From Laetmonice hystrix (Eukaryota), in contig OZ249449.1 in assembly GCA_965235115.1 (NCBI GenBank), positions 13,392,001-13,456,000 of the forward strand: 64,000 bases of DNA, written 5' to 3'. The translations under genes were made by a program, and so were the position numbers. Position 1 is the first letter of the stretch; each line of letters begins with the position of its first letter. Positions 37,410 through 50,857 of the stretch are shown in pieces. The notes beneath the pieces were generated by a model. It did no database searches, had not been told where the DNA came from, and was given only the letters and a program-made list of their open reading frames with translations.

Positions 37410-40400
37410 CGACCTGTCATCAGATCACCCCAGGATTGCAATGCATATAATCTATGTGTATTCAACATATATCTCTATATATCTATACCACACTTGTGAT
37501 GTTCTATATTTAGCACCTAGAGTATCCTCGGTCCCATTCTATGTTTATTTTATTATCGAGACGTGTTTTTTACATATTGGTTAGTTATATATTCCCATGG
37601 CGACAAAAAAGGCTGGTTCTTTTCAAGTGGTTACTTTGCCTGCTGCATGTCGGTTTGTCGGGTATTTGGTTTATTTTTCCGCCGTTTTACGTTTTACGCC
37701 CTGGGTTTTGTCTCCCACGATCATCACATCTCATCGTACCGTTTCATATCCTCCTGTCATTATTTCTGCAGTGGTTGCCACCGCGGTAACCATGGCAACT
37801 GTTCACCAGCGGCTGGTTGTTGTGGCAACCACTCGCCACCGCCATTCACTGCCGCCGCTGATGCCACCACCAACACTGCCTCCTTCTTGATTGTTCTCAG
37901 TTACGTGTTGTGCATCGTGTCCAGAACCCCACCCCTCACCCCTCACCCCTCACCCCTCTGAACGCAGCGTGAATCGTGTCCGATTGAGCACGTGCTTGGG
38001 CTGCGGCCGCCATTTTGAATTTGATGCATCGATCGACATACGTGTATGTGGCCCCTCCCCCTCCCCCCTCCTCCTGCATTCTTGAGCCTGGTAGTGGTAT
38101 TGACAGTGTTTCTGGAACAGCCCCCCCCCCCTCCACCAGTTTGACTGCCCCTCGTTGCCATGCAGCTGTTGCCATGGCGACCCATACTCCCTCCCATTCG
38201 CACCAGTGTCCATCCTAACATGCACATAGAGATTTAGGGGTGCTCAACGTGACTGACTTGCGCATTTCGAAACGTGGTTGTTATTCGAGTCATGTGGCGT
38301 CCAGTTTTGTGTAGCCAGAGGCATCGTGTAATATTAGTGCTGCCAAAACAATTTTTGTCTCATGTCCGTGACAGTTCCCGCACGTGTCACACACACACGG
38401 CCCCCTCCCCCTTACAACATACAAACGGAATGTCCAGTAGTGCCACATTGTCGTCATAGTCACGTAACGACAGCGTCATGACGTCATAATGCATGTCTCT
38501 GAACGTTCTATGTCCCAGGTGCTCGGGTTTTGAAAAAAAACCTACGGAATGAGAAGTTGACCATATATGGTATGGGGCGGGGCAAGGGGGCGCAAAGGTC
38601 GGGTGTTGCTACCAGCGTGGTTTAGATAGGTGTGGTATGAACAGCGCATGCCCAGCAGGTCGTGTTTTAATATATATATCTATACACTCAGTCCAACCGC
38701 GAGTTGGCAAGTACCCCGTCATGCATGTTGCCATGGGAATGGCATGCAATCAGTAATCTTCGATCAAGCCTTTTGCGTATATCCACGTACTTCTAGTAGA
38801 AGGTCCTGTGTCTTTCGACCAAGAGAAATGAACCCCGTTTCAAGATAAAACCCTGCACTATAATCTTTCACCAAAAAGCTATAAATCCACAAAACCCAAC
38901 CCTGCACACCATTACTGAATGTATCAAACCCACCCTCCCGTTCAAACGCCATTTTTTGAGGGCATGACCCCGCGGACCACCTCAGGTCACTGGGTCATAG
39001 GTCATAGGTCATTTGCATGTTAATAAGTTCCGTGAATGTTTAATGAGGATTGTGCCATACCATGGGTATATCTATACATAGTCCTGGCATGCGGATTGGA
39101 TGGCGTTCTTTTATGTGCATGAATATGTAACAAATTAAAAAAAAAAGTAAAAAAAAGAGAGAGAAAATGTAACCTGCGAACCTTAAATTTGCAAACACTG
39201 AGAATTTTGTCAGTTGATAGTTGACTCAGCCGTGGAATTGTAAGGAACTGTTTTAATTACTTACAGTCGTATTTACAGTCGTTAGGGTTATGGCGTAAGC
39301 GTACTGCAAGTTTTATAAGAGAAGCATAGTGCTTTTTAATCGATAAGATCGTCCAAGTAAAATTCTGGGTCGGATTTCAAAACCGTGTTTTGCTTCATTG
39401 GCTTTGATTTCACGCTTGCTTTGGTAGGGTGGAGCAGGTTGACTTTAGTTGTAGCAAGAGTCCTGATTATGTTCCGAGGCGTAGAGTCGACACACAAGCT
39501 CTAGCTTTCCTAGTAACGCACTATTTGATGTTCGAAGTGCAGCTTCGCTGAAAGCAGCTATGAAAGGATAACTTGTGTGTACCCCTCACACGGGGGGAAC
39601 ACGCCCCAGACCCACTGCACGTCACTGGGGCGTCCAATTCACCCCAATCAAGTTTTTTTTAATTAATTCGTCTAAAAATACCACCCATTAGAAAATGGGT
39701 GGAAATGTATGCAAGTAATTTAAGGAGAAAGATGCCATCAGAATGCCTTCAGCTTTCGTGAGTAAATCCCCTGAAAGCAATATTCAAACACAGTGCTACT
39801 ACTCATATATTTGAAAGCTTTTACAGCATTTGGCATGTCATAATTTTGTTTTGGTATCAGATCGAAAAATATAAATTTACCCTGAGACTATCAATAATGC
39901 TGGAATGTTCGATAGAAATTTTTCAGCGAGTTTGATTGAAGTCGATGTGTTAATGGGGGTGCAGGGTTGGGTATCAGAATCAGAAGTTACCTTACCGAAA
40001 CATATAAAGCCGGTGTTTGAACCGAGTGATTCTAAGGAAGATACACTTAAGGCATGGGTAAGTTATAGATCCAAGTTTGACCTCGATCCTGTTGCCACTG
40101 ACCTCTAACACAGAAGCCACTGGGCGATTACACCCTCTTCCCTAAAGTCATTGCCTCCTCTACAATCGCCCTTAAAAATATGTTATATTACGTTTTGCAC
40201 AGCCCCCCCCCCCAAAAAAAAGTATTAAAAAAAATTAAAACAACTACAAATATGCACTGGTTTTTCCATGCCTTTATGTAATCATGCATTTTTTGATAGT
40301 AGTAGCGTGTTTTTTTTAGACCTAGTCAGAGTAGATTTCGTATATTTCTAACTTTATGATGAAAATTTTGATGGTAAGTTGGTAATTTTTTCTAGCAAAA

Positions 40401-40767
40401 ATGCAATTGCGTTTTATCAGTAAAGTTTTTGCTTTAAGCTTAGTTTTTTGGGACGTAGAGTAGATGAATTTTTCATCTTTGGAAAGAGTTTGTTTGAAAA
40501 CGACTGTAGTTAGGAGATGCATATACTTTCTGAGAAAAAAACGACAATATCGAAAGACAGGCTTGTCTACAGTTCCTTTTGGCAGTACGTGGTGCAGGGG
40601 ACAATAATGCAGTTAGAAGTAAAGGTGTCAAAAGTGGCTCAAAATAAAGACCCACATCGGACATTCCAAACATGGCATATAATTTAATTCACATCCAGGG
40701 CCACTAGTCTGCGTCAGATTTAAAAAAAATATATATCTCTCCTTTCATATCATTTCATTCCGGTCCC

Positions 40768-41073
40768 TTTCCAAATTCCTGCCCTTCTGGGAGTTTCTCC
40801 GCCAACTTTCCAAATTGTCTCGCCCTTGGAGGTTCTCCACCAACTTTCCAAATTGTCTCGCCCTTGGAGGGTCTTCACCAACTTTCTAAATTGTCTCCCC
40901 TCTTGGAGGTTCAGCAACTTTCTAAATTGTCTCCCCTCTTGGAGGTTCTCCACCAAATTTCCAAATGGTCTCCCCTGGGAGGTTTTCCACCAACTTTCTA
41001 AATTGTCTCCCCCTTGGAGGTTCTCCACCTTTCCAAATTGTCGCCCCTCTTAGAATTTCTCTATCAACTTTCC
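40768..41073. repeat. Degenerate ~38 bp minisatellite, about 8 units
   Basis: Unit approximately CCAACTTTCCAAATTGTCTCGCCCTTGGAGGTTCTCCA, repeated with substitutions and small indels. Confidence 0.9.
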
Positions 41074-42469
41074 ATCAGTCTGTTTCATAATATCGATTCT
41101 TATGCAATTCGATTCTTTTACAAGCTTTGGGCTCTTACAGAATGTTCGACCCTTGAAATACACAGCTGCTCGTGATAATAGCAAAAAACTAAAAACTTTC
41201 TATCTTTGTAGGTTCTATTCGAAATTTATTCCTTTCCTTCATCAACCTTGTAGACACTATTAACAATGTCAGAATTTTTTTTTATCCGTCAGTTTTTTTG
41301 TCTATCAATTTTAATATTTCAGCCTTTACACTCCTAGGTCGCCTTAAATCTAGACTAACTCTCTGCCTTGGGAACTGTAGGACTCGAATCTGTTGATTTT
41401 TGCCCCCCCCCCTCCTATCTGACGATAGGGTTTTGCCCATCATTATTTAAGAGTAGATTCGTTATGTAGGCCTCTGAGTTTCATCTTGCTTTCTATATCC
41501 AGTGCTTCAAACACTTACAGACATTTGTCTGACAACTACCCGTCTTTTCTAAGCTTACTGTAATATTCCACAGGTAGTTCCACCTTGCCAACTCTTCCAC
41601 TATGCCAGTTCACTCTGACTTAAAAATTGCGCTTTAATACTTAAAAATCAGAGCTTTCTTGTCCAGCTCCATACAAAAGGGAAGTGACGTAGCGGAAATT
41701 CGCTTTGATAAGCTTACTTAGAGAGTTGCGACAAAAAACACCCAACAACATTGTAGTTTATCTTTAGTGTCATATATTGTTTAAATCAAAGAAATAAAAA
41801 ATCTTTTCAGTAAATATCAAACATGTACATATAAGCTGCTTTGTTCTTAGTACAATGTTTTATCGGAAGATATGATATTTTAACCTGCCTGTAGCGCCCC
41901 CTCTCCTTAGCCATATGTACTAGATGTATTACCTTAGCTTTGACGAGACGGGAACCGTGTAATTGTACCGCTACAATGCTTCTGTATTATATGACAATGT
42001 AATCGTTCAAGACTTCTTTCTGAAGAAAAATGTCCATTAAAAATATTCGATGGATACTGGCCATTCTGTGTGTATTTCCTCCAGGCCTCATCCTTGCAGT
42101 TCTTTACAGTCAATACGATCAGAAATCGGGATTGCAGTTTCTCAATACAGGACCCACTCTGAAAAAGAAACCAAAAAGAAAAGGAAAGGAAAAAAAGGCT
42201 GCAGTCCGCCCCTGTGACTCTCTGTAAAATTAGTTTGTTTGTTTATGTTTATTTATTTGCAAAACTGTGGCTTGCTCTGTTTCTTTACATCACGATTCAT
42301 GTTTTTTTTCAAACTTTAATCCTTACAGCAAAAAAAGGCAGGTCTTTGGATCTTAGGAAATTGAGGGCCTCTTTCTCCCCTGTCCAGAATTCCCGACGGC
42401 TTTCTTTTTTGAAGGTCATGGATTAGAAAAAAATTTGGGGGAGAGAAACATTTGAGGAAAAAAGTCTGA

Positions 42470-42546
42470 ATTTGCATACACAATGGGACTCATTTGCAGT
42501 GCGAATTAGGTGATTGCTATGCAAATTAGTTATGAATATGCGTAAT
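42470..42546. promoter_or_regulatory. POU/octamer motif cluster upstream of the Ig3 exon
   Basis: ATTTGCAT (42470-42477), ATTTGCAG, ATGCAAAT (42519-42526) and ATGCGTAAT (42538-42546). Confidence 0.4.
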
Positions 42547-42748
42547 TAGCTTGTGCATTTTGCAAGTGATCTTGGATGCGTCCCATTGGTATGTAAATAA
42601 GGAGACTTGACCCTTGACCCCTGGCTACCACAGACATACCGACGGGAAAACCCCGGGCTTGGGGAGAAGTGGGCCCTCGTGTGCTGCCCTCTGTTGGCCC
42701 GATTGTGCACTATCCATTTTCCCTTTCAACAATGCTCGTTTCTTGCAG

Positions 42749-43036
42749 GGAACGCGTATATCATGGTGCCCCCGAAAAACACAACCGCCAACGAAGGAAC
42801 GCGCGTGAAGTTAACATGCCAGGCAGAGGGTTACCCGAACAACATCACTTATCGCTGGTTTAAAAACGGCGTCGATATACAGCAGGTGGCGGGACTCATG
42901 ACGCGTGCGGGTGTCTATGCAGACGGATCTTTCGTAATCTCGACGGTGATTAAGGAAGACACCGGCTGGTACAAATGCCAACCGAGCAACGGGCTCGGAC
43001 CTCCGCCCGAGGCAAAGGCCTACCTGAACGTCACAT
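42749..43036 (+). CDS. IGSF9: Internal coding exon (288 nt, phase 1/1) encoding an I-set Ig domain, probably Ig3 of turtle/IGSF9
   Basis: Acceptor TTTCTTGCAG ends at 42748; donor GTGAGT starts at 43037. Translation GNAYIMVPPKNTTANEGTRVKLTCQAEGYPNNITYRWFKNG...DGSFVISTVIKEDTGWYKCQPSNGLGPPPEAKAYLNVT. The CxAExYPxNxTYxW and CxPSNGLxxPPxAxAYLxV segments are characteristic of turtle/IGSF9 Ig3. Confidence 0.9.
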
Positions 43037-43060
43037 GTGAGTACCTCGAGTTGGTATTAT

Positions 43061-43162
43061 TCTCTCTGTCTCTCTGTCGCTGTCTCAGTCTGTCTCTGTC
43101 TCTCTAGTTGTCCCTGTCTCTGTATATGTCTCTCTCTCTATCTCTCTATATCTCTCTATATC
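43061..43162. repeat. Imperfect (CT)n microsatellite just downstream of the Ig3 donor
   Basis: Directly visible CT/CTGT/CTAT run. Confidence 0.9.
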
Positions 43163-44225
43163 TTCTGTCGATCTCTGGTGAAACATGTTGAAACTTCAAT
43201 TGTCGCTTTGTGGTGATAGCCATAATCTTAAAGGACATGTCTCATGGATTTAAAGGAAAGTAAAAAAGTGGTATTTCACGAAAATATGTCTGCATTGCAC
43301 TTTTCAGATATCACCCATAGCTCCGTTAATGTTTGAGTTTGATAAATATTTGTAACAAATGATGAATGTGGGCAAATCCAAAAATGACCTTCTAAATTTT
43401 CGAGTCCCAGAGTTATTATGATGTCTACGTTCCCAAGGTTCACGACATGCCAGAATGGAGAAGTTCATCGTGTTTTTCTCTACTCTGGCTATTTTCTATA
43501 CTTCCTTCACCCCCAGGGAAAATAAAATTATACCCAGAAATAGTCACACCGCGTTCTTGGAGGGATGATCGTAGTCGGGGGCCGGTCCAAGTTTCGAAAT
43601 ATTCTATTTTGCAAGGTTTTGTGAGCAGTTCAAAATCAGCTCTCTCGAGTGATTGTCCATAGGTTAAGTATGGCGGACACCGCTCGTCAAGTAGGCGCCT
43701 GCACCGAGTTTCAAAACGAGGCAGCATAGTAACCCGCAACGGAAAACGGTCTATTCAATATGATTACCATTCAGTGACATAAAGTATGTCAGTACTGAGG
43801 AGTTAAACACGAAAGTGGAGATTCTGGTCGACTTGAAGCTTGAGATAAACCCTTTAACTGAGCACAAGTCTAACGTCTTCACAACTACTACTCTAGCCAA
43901 CAGAATTTTAAACACACCAGTCCTAGGTTTATCCTTTGTGAAAAGGATCAAGCGGTGAGTTTTCCTTACTAATTGCATACAGTTTTGTGTATTGGTGGGA
44001 TTTCCTATCTGTAGACCTCAGCGTCATAAATATACATCAATCATGTGAATGCTTTGTCTGATCTTACCCCAGGATGTGAAAGTTTTCTCAAGAATATTGA
44101 ATGTTATAAAATGCAATGATTTTGGGTGAAAGGAGTGTTTTTAAACGCATTTTTGCTATTTTAACTGACAAGAATCGTTTCACAGGCTGTACAGTGAAGA
44201 GGTAAGTTTTGTAACTCCCCGACAG

Positions 44226-44281
44226 CCTATAGGTGGCAGCACGGGAACTGTGAATTCCGATGTCTCCCGCCAGGGGGCAGT
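44226..44281 (+). promoter_or_regulatory. Pair of CTCF-like motifs, + orientation
   Basis: CCTATAGGTGGCAGC (44226-44240) and CCCGCCAGGGGGCAGT (44266-44281). Confidence 0.5.
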
Positions 44282-47004
44282 TGTTACCACTGTATACGCC
44301 GGTCGCCGTTCATGTTCTATTTCAGGTTACGATTGATCTGTGCGAAATAGGTTTATATATTAAGATATTGAATTTAAAAAGTTATATTTATATGTGGATG
44401 ATGTGAACATAATTTAGAGTGTCAATGATACTCTATGTTGCTTGGTTAACGTAGCGCAGATAGAGCAGGGGTTAGAGAGAGTGAGAAAAATAGTGTTTAT
44501 ATTCAAACATACATACTCAAGCAGAAAATGAATATTAATATATTTTATAAGTATTATGATCCAATTATCATAATTAAATTATTTTGTAATAAAACGTTTG
44601 AGCCCATGAAGTATAAATAGTAGATAAGTCAGATATAATGGAGGGAGATGGCGGTTCTGGCATTTAACCAGAGGCAATTGTACCATAGTGCTGAGAGACC
44701 GAGCATCTCTAGGGAACCTTAATGATCGTTGTCTGTGGGAGCGATATTTAACTTATGATCAATGTTAGGGTCAGTAAGTACACTTTGATCATCAGCTGCG
44801 GGAAGTTCCGCTGTTTACGACCGGTGAGGAAGTTGGCGTGGGATCGGGAGGATTTTAGTGGATATTGCATCTCCTACTTTGATATGGTCGAGGCGGAACC
44901 GAGTGCTTATTTAGGGCAGGAATCACCAGGGCGCGTGTCCGACGAATGTTATAGCAGACTGGTGAAATCCAGGTTCCATAGAGTAGACTCCTCTATGCCC
45001 TTAAAATAATTATCGATTTCAAGCTAAGTGTAACTTTTAGTGGCGCCATCTTGTGTTAAGATGATAAACGACGTTGACAGTGCTGGATGACGGTTGACAT
45101 CTGGTTGACATTAGCTTGAGATGTGAACAAGCTTAGGTTTTTATCATATAGTAAATTGATTAAATTTTGCATATATGAGTATGTTATATACTGCCTACAT
45201 GGCAGGTGCACGTGGTTGCTATGAGAGATATTGTATTTTTCATTTAGCGTAAAAGAGGCCAGTGACCTGTCATAACAGTGTTCACATTTTTTTAGCATCG
45301 ACCTTTCTGTCCCAAATACCAATCTCTCTCTCATGTTGCGTTAAGAGCACCACGTCACGGTCGACTGACTGCGTGACGTTTGGCGACGTGGCGTCTCGTG
45401 CGGCAGCCATAGCGACGGTGTTGACCGCTAGGTAGCGCTTTACATCCGGGCCGTTAGCAGGGCGGTTGCCGGCGTCAGAATTCCGTGAGCAAGCCTCATA
45501 GATCCGTACCCCCACCCCCCACCGTCGCCTTCACCCTTCCACCCACAGCCACGCCAGATCAGCATCGGTAATGGCTAGCCAGCTACTGATTGCTGACCAG
45601 TAGCTGCCTCACTGAGTGACCACTGCCTGACCGCTGACTGAGCGCTCAATACCAGCCCATTTATCGCATTTATCGGTCTCTAGAGTTAGTTCTGCTAGCT
45701 GGAAGGCTCCCTAGACCCTGTCCACAGGGAACACTCAGCCTCAGAGCGTTCGGAGAAAAATAAATTAAAAAAAAATCCACATTGAAATTCATACAATTTA
45801 GATAGACTACTTTAAGTCGTCTAGCAATTCAGTTTTTTTTTCCCTCAGTTGTTTTGTGTTATGCATAGTTGATGATTTGCATACACATAAAATGAATTCC
45901 GTGTTTATGGGTCATAGTTGATCATGAATGAATGCCCAGGGTGTATTCAAAACGTGGCCTCGTGGCGTTTTCACCAATGATATTATCAGAGTGATTTCCC
46001 TTGGAGCTTCTCTCAAAATAGTGCTGGAGTTAGAGTGATGAAATGGGAGGGTAACATTTTACAACCCGAGAGGAGACCGAATGAGTAGCGGAGTGCCTGT
46101 TTTGTTGGTATAATATGCTATCCTGGGAGGGTGCAGGCCCTACTGCCCCCCTCCTTCATCCGGCTGCAAGAGATTTGATGACAACAGCGATAAAAAAAGA
46201 AATATATTTAAAAACAATCCATCGCTGCGTCTCACACACGCGCAGAGTGCCATGCAGCGCACGCATGAAACATGCGTCAAAATTCAAAGCAGCCAAGTCA
46301 TTAATACAATTTGATGGAGCTCTTTCAAAGAGTTGGAAAGCTCATCAAATATTTGGTGTGCCCCGGCCGTGTTTGGGTCCGCAGAGGATGGACCAAGGGA
46401 TCACCGCATCCAGGAGACAAGCCCTGGTCATTTCCCGCAGTTGCCAACAGAGGGCGTCAGAGTAGTTCAAGTTGTTTTCCCATTCGACGTCACTGAAGTG
46501 CGATGATCACTTTTTTCCTTTAGACTTACATAGCTCTTTTTTTTACAGCATGGCATTTTTTTTCCTGGAAATATATTGGAAAGCAGGTTTTTTCCTCTCT
46601 CTCTCATGGATTTGGTATGCGTAATGGTGCGCTGAAGATCATTTACTTTGGAATCATTTACAGAAGAGTTATGTTTTAAAGTCGATGTCTGGCAGCTCAT
46701 ATTTTATTTAATCCTTCCGATATATAATGTGCAGGGCGTAGAGATATTTTGTCCAATTTATCAAGAAATGCAGATCGGTGAGAAATTTCTGTTGACGGTT
46801 AACTATTGTACAATGAAGACGAATGCAAGGTTTTCGTCTTGACTCTCTGATCTCAATACCATTATCAGATCCTTGCTATATAACGTTACTCCAGACTAGC
46901 AGTGTAAGAAAAGAGAAAATCATCATGCCATTGGCTTCCGATAAGTTATACATTCCGACACGTAAAATGGCGTGACTGATTTAGAAATGGTTGGGATCCC
47001 ATCA

Positions 47005-47050
47005 CGAGATCTCGCGGACACTCGCGAGATCTCGCCACTCGCTCACGTGA
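47005..47050. promoter_or_regulatory. CpG-rich palindrome cluster (CGAGATCTCG x2, TCGCGAGA, TCACGTGA)
   Basis: CGAGATCTCG at 47005-47014 and 47025-47034 (20 bp period). The second overlaps CTCGCGAGA, which resembles the TCTCGCGAGA motif. TCACGTGA lies at 47043-47050. Confidence 0.35.
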
Positions 47051-47490
47051 TCCCGCTGCGCACTCGTGTATGGTAAGTGCACATCTGGAAATGGTCGCGG
47101 CCAATTTTGGACGAGTGGAAACGAAAATCCACTTACCCCACCGAGACTTTCTCAGCTGTGATAATGAAGAGGTTGGAGTTGGTAGTTCGAGGTTCAGTTT
47201 GCAGTGACTGAGCTGCTTCTAGGAAGGAGGGGGAGGAGGGGGGGGGGTGTTCTCAGCGGGCCATGATGGTGACGAACTGATGGGTTTGGGAGCTAAGGAA
47301 AGGCTGGGCGTTTGGCAGCTTCCAGCTCCTGCCCGCTGTCGCCAAGGTGACCAGGGTAACCCGTTGCCAGGGATTTCATTGGATAGACGCTGATGTTGAG
47401 ATGTCCACTAGGAAACATGATCCCCCGTGATGACGTGACCACGACCATGACCATTCCTACCCCAACTAACAACCGGTACTTATAAATTAT

Positions 47491-47920
47491 TTAAAGGGAT
47501 GGAAAACACGTAGACCGGATGAAACACCAGCATTTACCTCAGGGCAATAAATGCCACAATTACGTTGTCTGAATGAAGTAATTAACGTGTAAACGCCTGG
47601 TGTGTGACGCCGCTGGTTCTGCTTGTGTGTTCATTACCTCGGACGTTTACAAACGTTGGGACTCCAAACATCGTGTAGACAAGGTCTGTGAGCAGAGTAA
47701 CACGTAATGTTACGCAATACGCCGCGGTGTGCAGCATTCGGCTCCGATGAACACACAAGAAGGTCAAGGTAAGAACCAGCGGCGTCACACATCGGGCGGT
47801 TACACGTTTATTACTTCATTCTGACAACGTAATTGTGGCATTTATTGCCCTGAGGTAAATGCTGGTGTTTCATGTGGTCCACGAAACCTTATTTGCCGTG
47901 GGTGTTGTCCCTGCCTTTAA
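47491..47920. mobile_element. Kolobok/T2-type MITE with long inverted arms
   Basis: TTAA|AGGG...GCCT|TTAA termini. 47519-47620 and 47772-47873 are 102 bp reverse complements with about 5 mismatches. A further inner inverted match pairs CTTGTGTGTTCAT with ATGAACACACAAG. Confidence 0.8.
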
Positions 47921-50857
47921 ATATTAAAAATAATGTGCAAACGCAAGTGGACAAAATACACCGTTAATATTATTACAAAATCGCAGCCTTCTTGCCTAAG
48001 TTTTCATTGCAACACTTTCCATCATTCGTAAAATGCCATTTGAGCCATCAGTATGCATGGTCAATTAAAGTGTCACTGAAAGCGACTAGTCTCTATTCCA
48101 TATTATATCATGCATTCATGAGTATATCTCAATAGTGATGCGGAAAATATATGTACATGTCTCCTTGCTTCCGAAATCACACTTTGAGCTGTAGAAGGTT
48201 CCTTATAGCAATTCGACTTTGATGAATCCTAAATGTAGAAGGAGATGTTCTTTTTTTTTTGAGTTGACTTTTTTCACATAAGAGGAGTGTGGAAACCCTG
48301 CCATCCTGTCTTGAGCTGTGGTGACGTCTGTCTCTGTCCCACGGCCGGTAGGGGGCGCTCCGTTATGTTGACATGACGTGTTGCAAATCTCATGACGTAC
48401 GGGACCAGTCGGGTGGTGCGTCGCGGGGCTTTGATTTCACAGACGACGTATTATTGCTTTTGATGTCTTCTGGAATGCCGACCTTGTGGGTCAGTGGAGA
48501 CTTTGATGTCTACACCGTCCAAAATATCCATGGCGAATAACGTTACGTTTTCATATCACCCTGAGTTCGTGCTGATTTATCGTCATCGATCGCTGAGTGA
48601 AATCAAGATTTTTTAGTGGTGTTGTTTTTGCTGTTGTAACCTGATATAGGCGACAGAAAATTGGGGAAGAGGGCGACAGGCTGGACTCCGCTTCGAGGCT
48701 ACCTCCCCCCCCCCCCCCAAGCCAAAAAGAAGGGGGCGGGTCCCCCGTCTTCTTTCTTCTTTCCCCAGTTCCGGCGTCATTGCCTGGGAATGTAAAGGCT
48801 ATCGGCATAAAACTACTATGTAGACTAGAATTCGGCAGTTGATATATAGAATCTACACTTTATCTGTACTTGACATAAATTAACATTACAGTGATAATGT
48901 TATAGGTTGTAGATTATATCATCCTTGGTCACGTGATTATGATATGGTATCAATGATAAAAACATTACCCATGCTGTTTGTGGGTGGGTTTCCATGGGAA
49001 CGTGTTCTCCAGGATGACCTGGGTCTGAATCCATGGTACTATAAATAATGGAGTGGCGGTTGTGGATCGGCTGTGGTAGCTGAACAATTGGGTCAGTGAC
49101 CTATATTAATATTTATTGGGGGGATAGCCTCCGTGTTGCTATGGGGATAAAGGTTGGAGGAACAATTTATGAAGATCGTTCTGGAAAACGGTGACTGTCA
49201 ATTTGACAGTTCAGAACACAGGTGGAAAGAATGTAATACACAACTAGTTTGGCCCATCTATTGAGGTCAATGAATGACCTAGTTAGCCAGGCCGTGATTG
49301 GATCAACACAACCCATCTACTCGGAAAGTGAGACCCCATAGATTATTTAGATTGTAGACTCGCAGTAGTGATATTGTCGGATCCTTCAAAACAACTAATA
49401 AACAACCCGTAATTCCCCACGCTAATGTTCCATACTTCATGACGTTTTCCCCTCATTTTTTTGTCTAAATTAAGCGTTTTTCTCGGGTACAGATTAAGAA
49501 ATATAGTAGGGTTTATCAAAATACTCCTCCATCACTCGGTTCAACCGGTTGTCGTGTTCACTTCACGTCGATTGTATAAACTGATGATTATGATAATTAA
49601 GTAAGACCGATAATGCTACGTCATATATCTCGTCTGACAGTATGTGTGTTATTTCTCTGTGTGGGGGGAACAGATGCCGGCATAGATAGGAATTCTTCAA
49701 GCAGTATGTCACGAACGAATGTGAGAAATGACTGATAGTTGAGCTTGTCACAGTATCCAACGTATCAGTCATATTTTTAATAAATTATGAACAATCGTTT
49801 ACACAGCATAGGAATTCAACGAAGCTCCTGGATTTGTTTGACAGATTATAGAATTTTGATTGTTTCGTTTCTATGGAAGCCATTGGCGTCATAATATCAG
49901 GCAATGACGTGTAGGAAACAATAGGAGCTAGCATACATTATTTGGTGAATTGTACATATATATATGCATGTAGTGTCCAAATCGTTATACATTGTATTCA
50001 GTCATGGCAAGGATCATCAGATTCAGCATTGTGATACCTAAAACATGCAAGTTGTGGACTGAATTATCGGTGGCTTGTCATTGGCCAACCATTTTTTACA
50101 TTATTATAAAGGGTTTGGGAGTGGGGGAAGTGATAGGAGGGGTAACCTTATTCTGACTGAAGGATTGCTTCTCACGACAGTTGCAGTGTCCATTTTAGCT
50201 CAAACATAACTTGCATAATACGCTTCACTCTCTTCACACTAGTAAGATATCGCTTTAGGCACGCACCGGTTCACAATAGAGGTGTCTATAGGCCAGGTAT
50301 TATATAAAGAACACATTCTAGTACATTGGACTGTGTAGAGGGCCCTAAGTTCAGAGTCCCAGAGGGAATTCGCCTCCTTGAGGGCACATTTGGAGAGGGT
50401 CCTACAAGTGACCCCAAGGAAATTCACTGTTTTGACTGCAAACATACCCACAATAATTGGCACTGATTGATTTAATCCATTCCCTTAAATAGCAACGCTT
50501 GTAGGAGACCTTGCCCTGATAGTATGATTCCCTCGACGTCAGTAGGGATTCCGAGAGAAGACAAACAAGTTATGTTGCCATAGCAACGACCCGCGTATCA
50601 AGAGGTGACCTGGACAGGTCATGGTAAATTACCGGATCCAATTAGGGGAATCGTGTTCCGAATACGTGCAGTGTCAGTCAGGAGAGTGGGTCGGTTACTT
50701 AAAGGCGCCGACTCATATTTAGCCGATCCGACGCCGGTTCTCAAATATACAAGGTGCTCACACTGTAAAAACAGCGCGATTTTAATCACTACTAACTGAC
50801 CGATATGGCAGAGTAGAAGGAGGTCGGGTCGGAGACCATGATACTGGTCGGTGCGAT

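Larger units (their letters stand above)
25426..42748 (+). other. 17,323 nt GT-AG phase-1 intron between the Ig2 and Ig3 exons
   Basis: GT at 25426 and AG at 42747-42748; splicing gives ATT GAA G|GG AAC GCG (I-E-G-N-A) with the frame kept open. No convincing intervening coding exon was seen. Confidence 0.8.

Noticed and set aside
42030-42227. 65 aa ORF resembling a small membrane protein (hydrophobic stretch plus Lys-rich tail)
   Set aside because: The Lys tail derives from A-rich low-complexity DNA and hydrophobic runs are common in T-rich random ORFs. It has no recognisable family and lies in an intron.
42607-43107. 166 aa ORF as a stand-alone gene, or a hydrophobic tail from donor read-through
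   Set aside because: Only 42749-43036 is Ig-like and bounded by splice sites. The N-terminal extension is intronic and the C-terminal LSLSL tail is a translated CT microsatellite.
43228-43857. Possible fourth Kolobok-type element (TTAAAGGAC...CCCTTTAA)
   Set aside because: The termini match at only about 14/19 with no further inverted similarity, and TTAAAGG words are frequent in this window.
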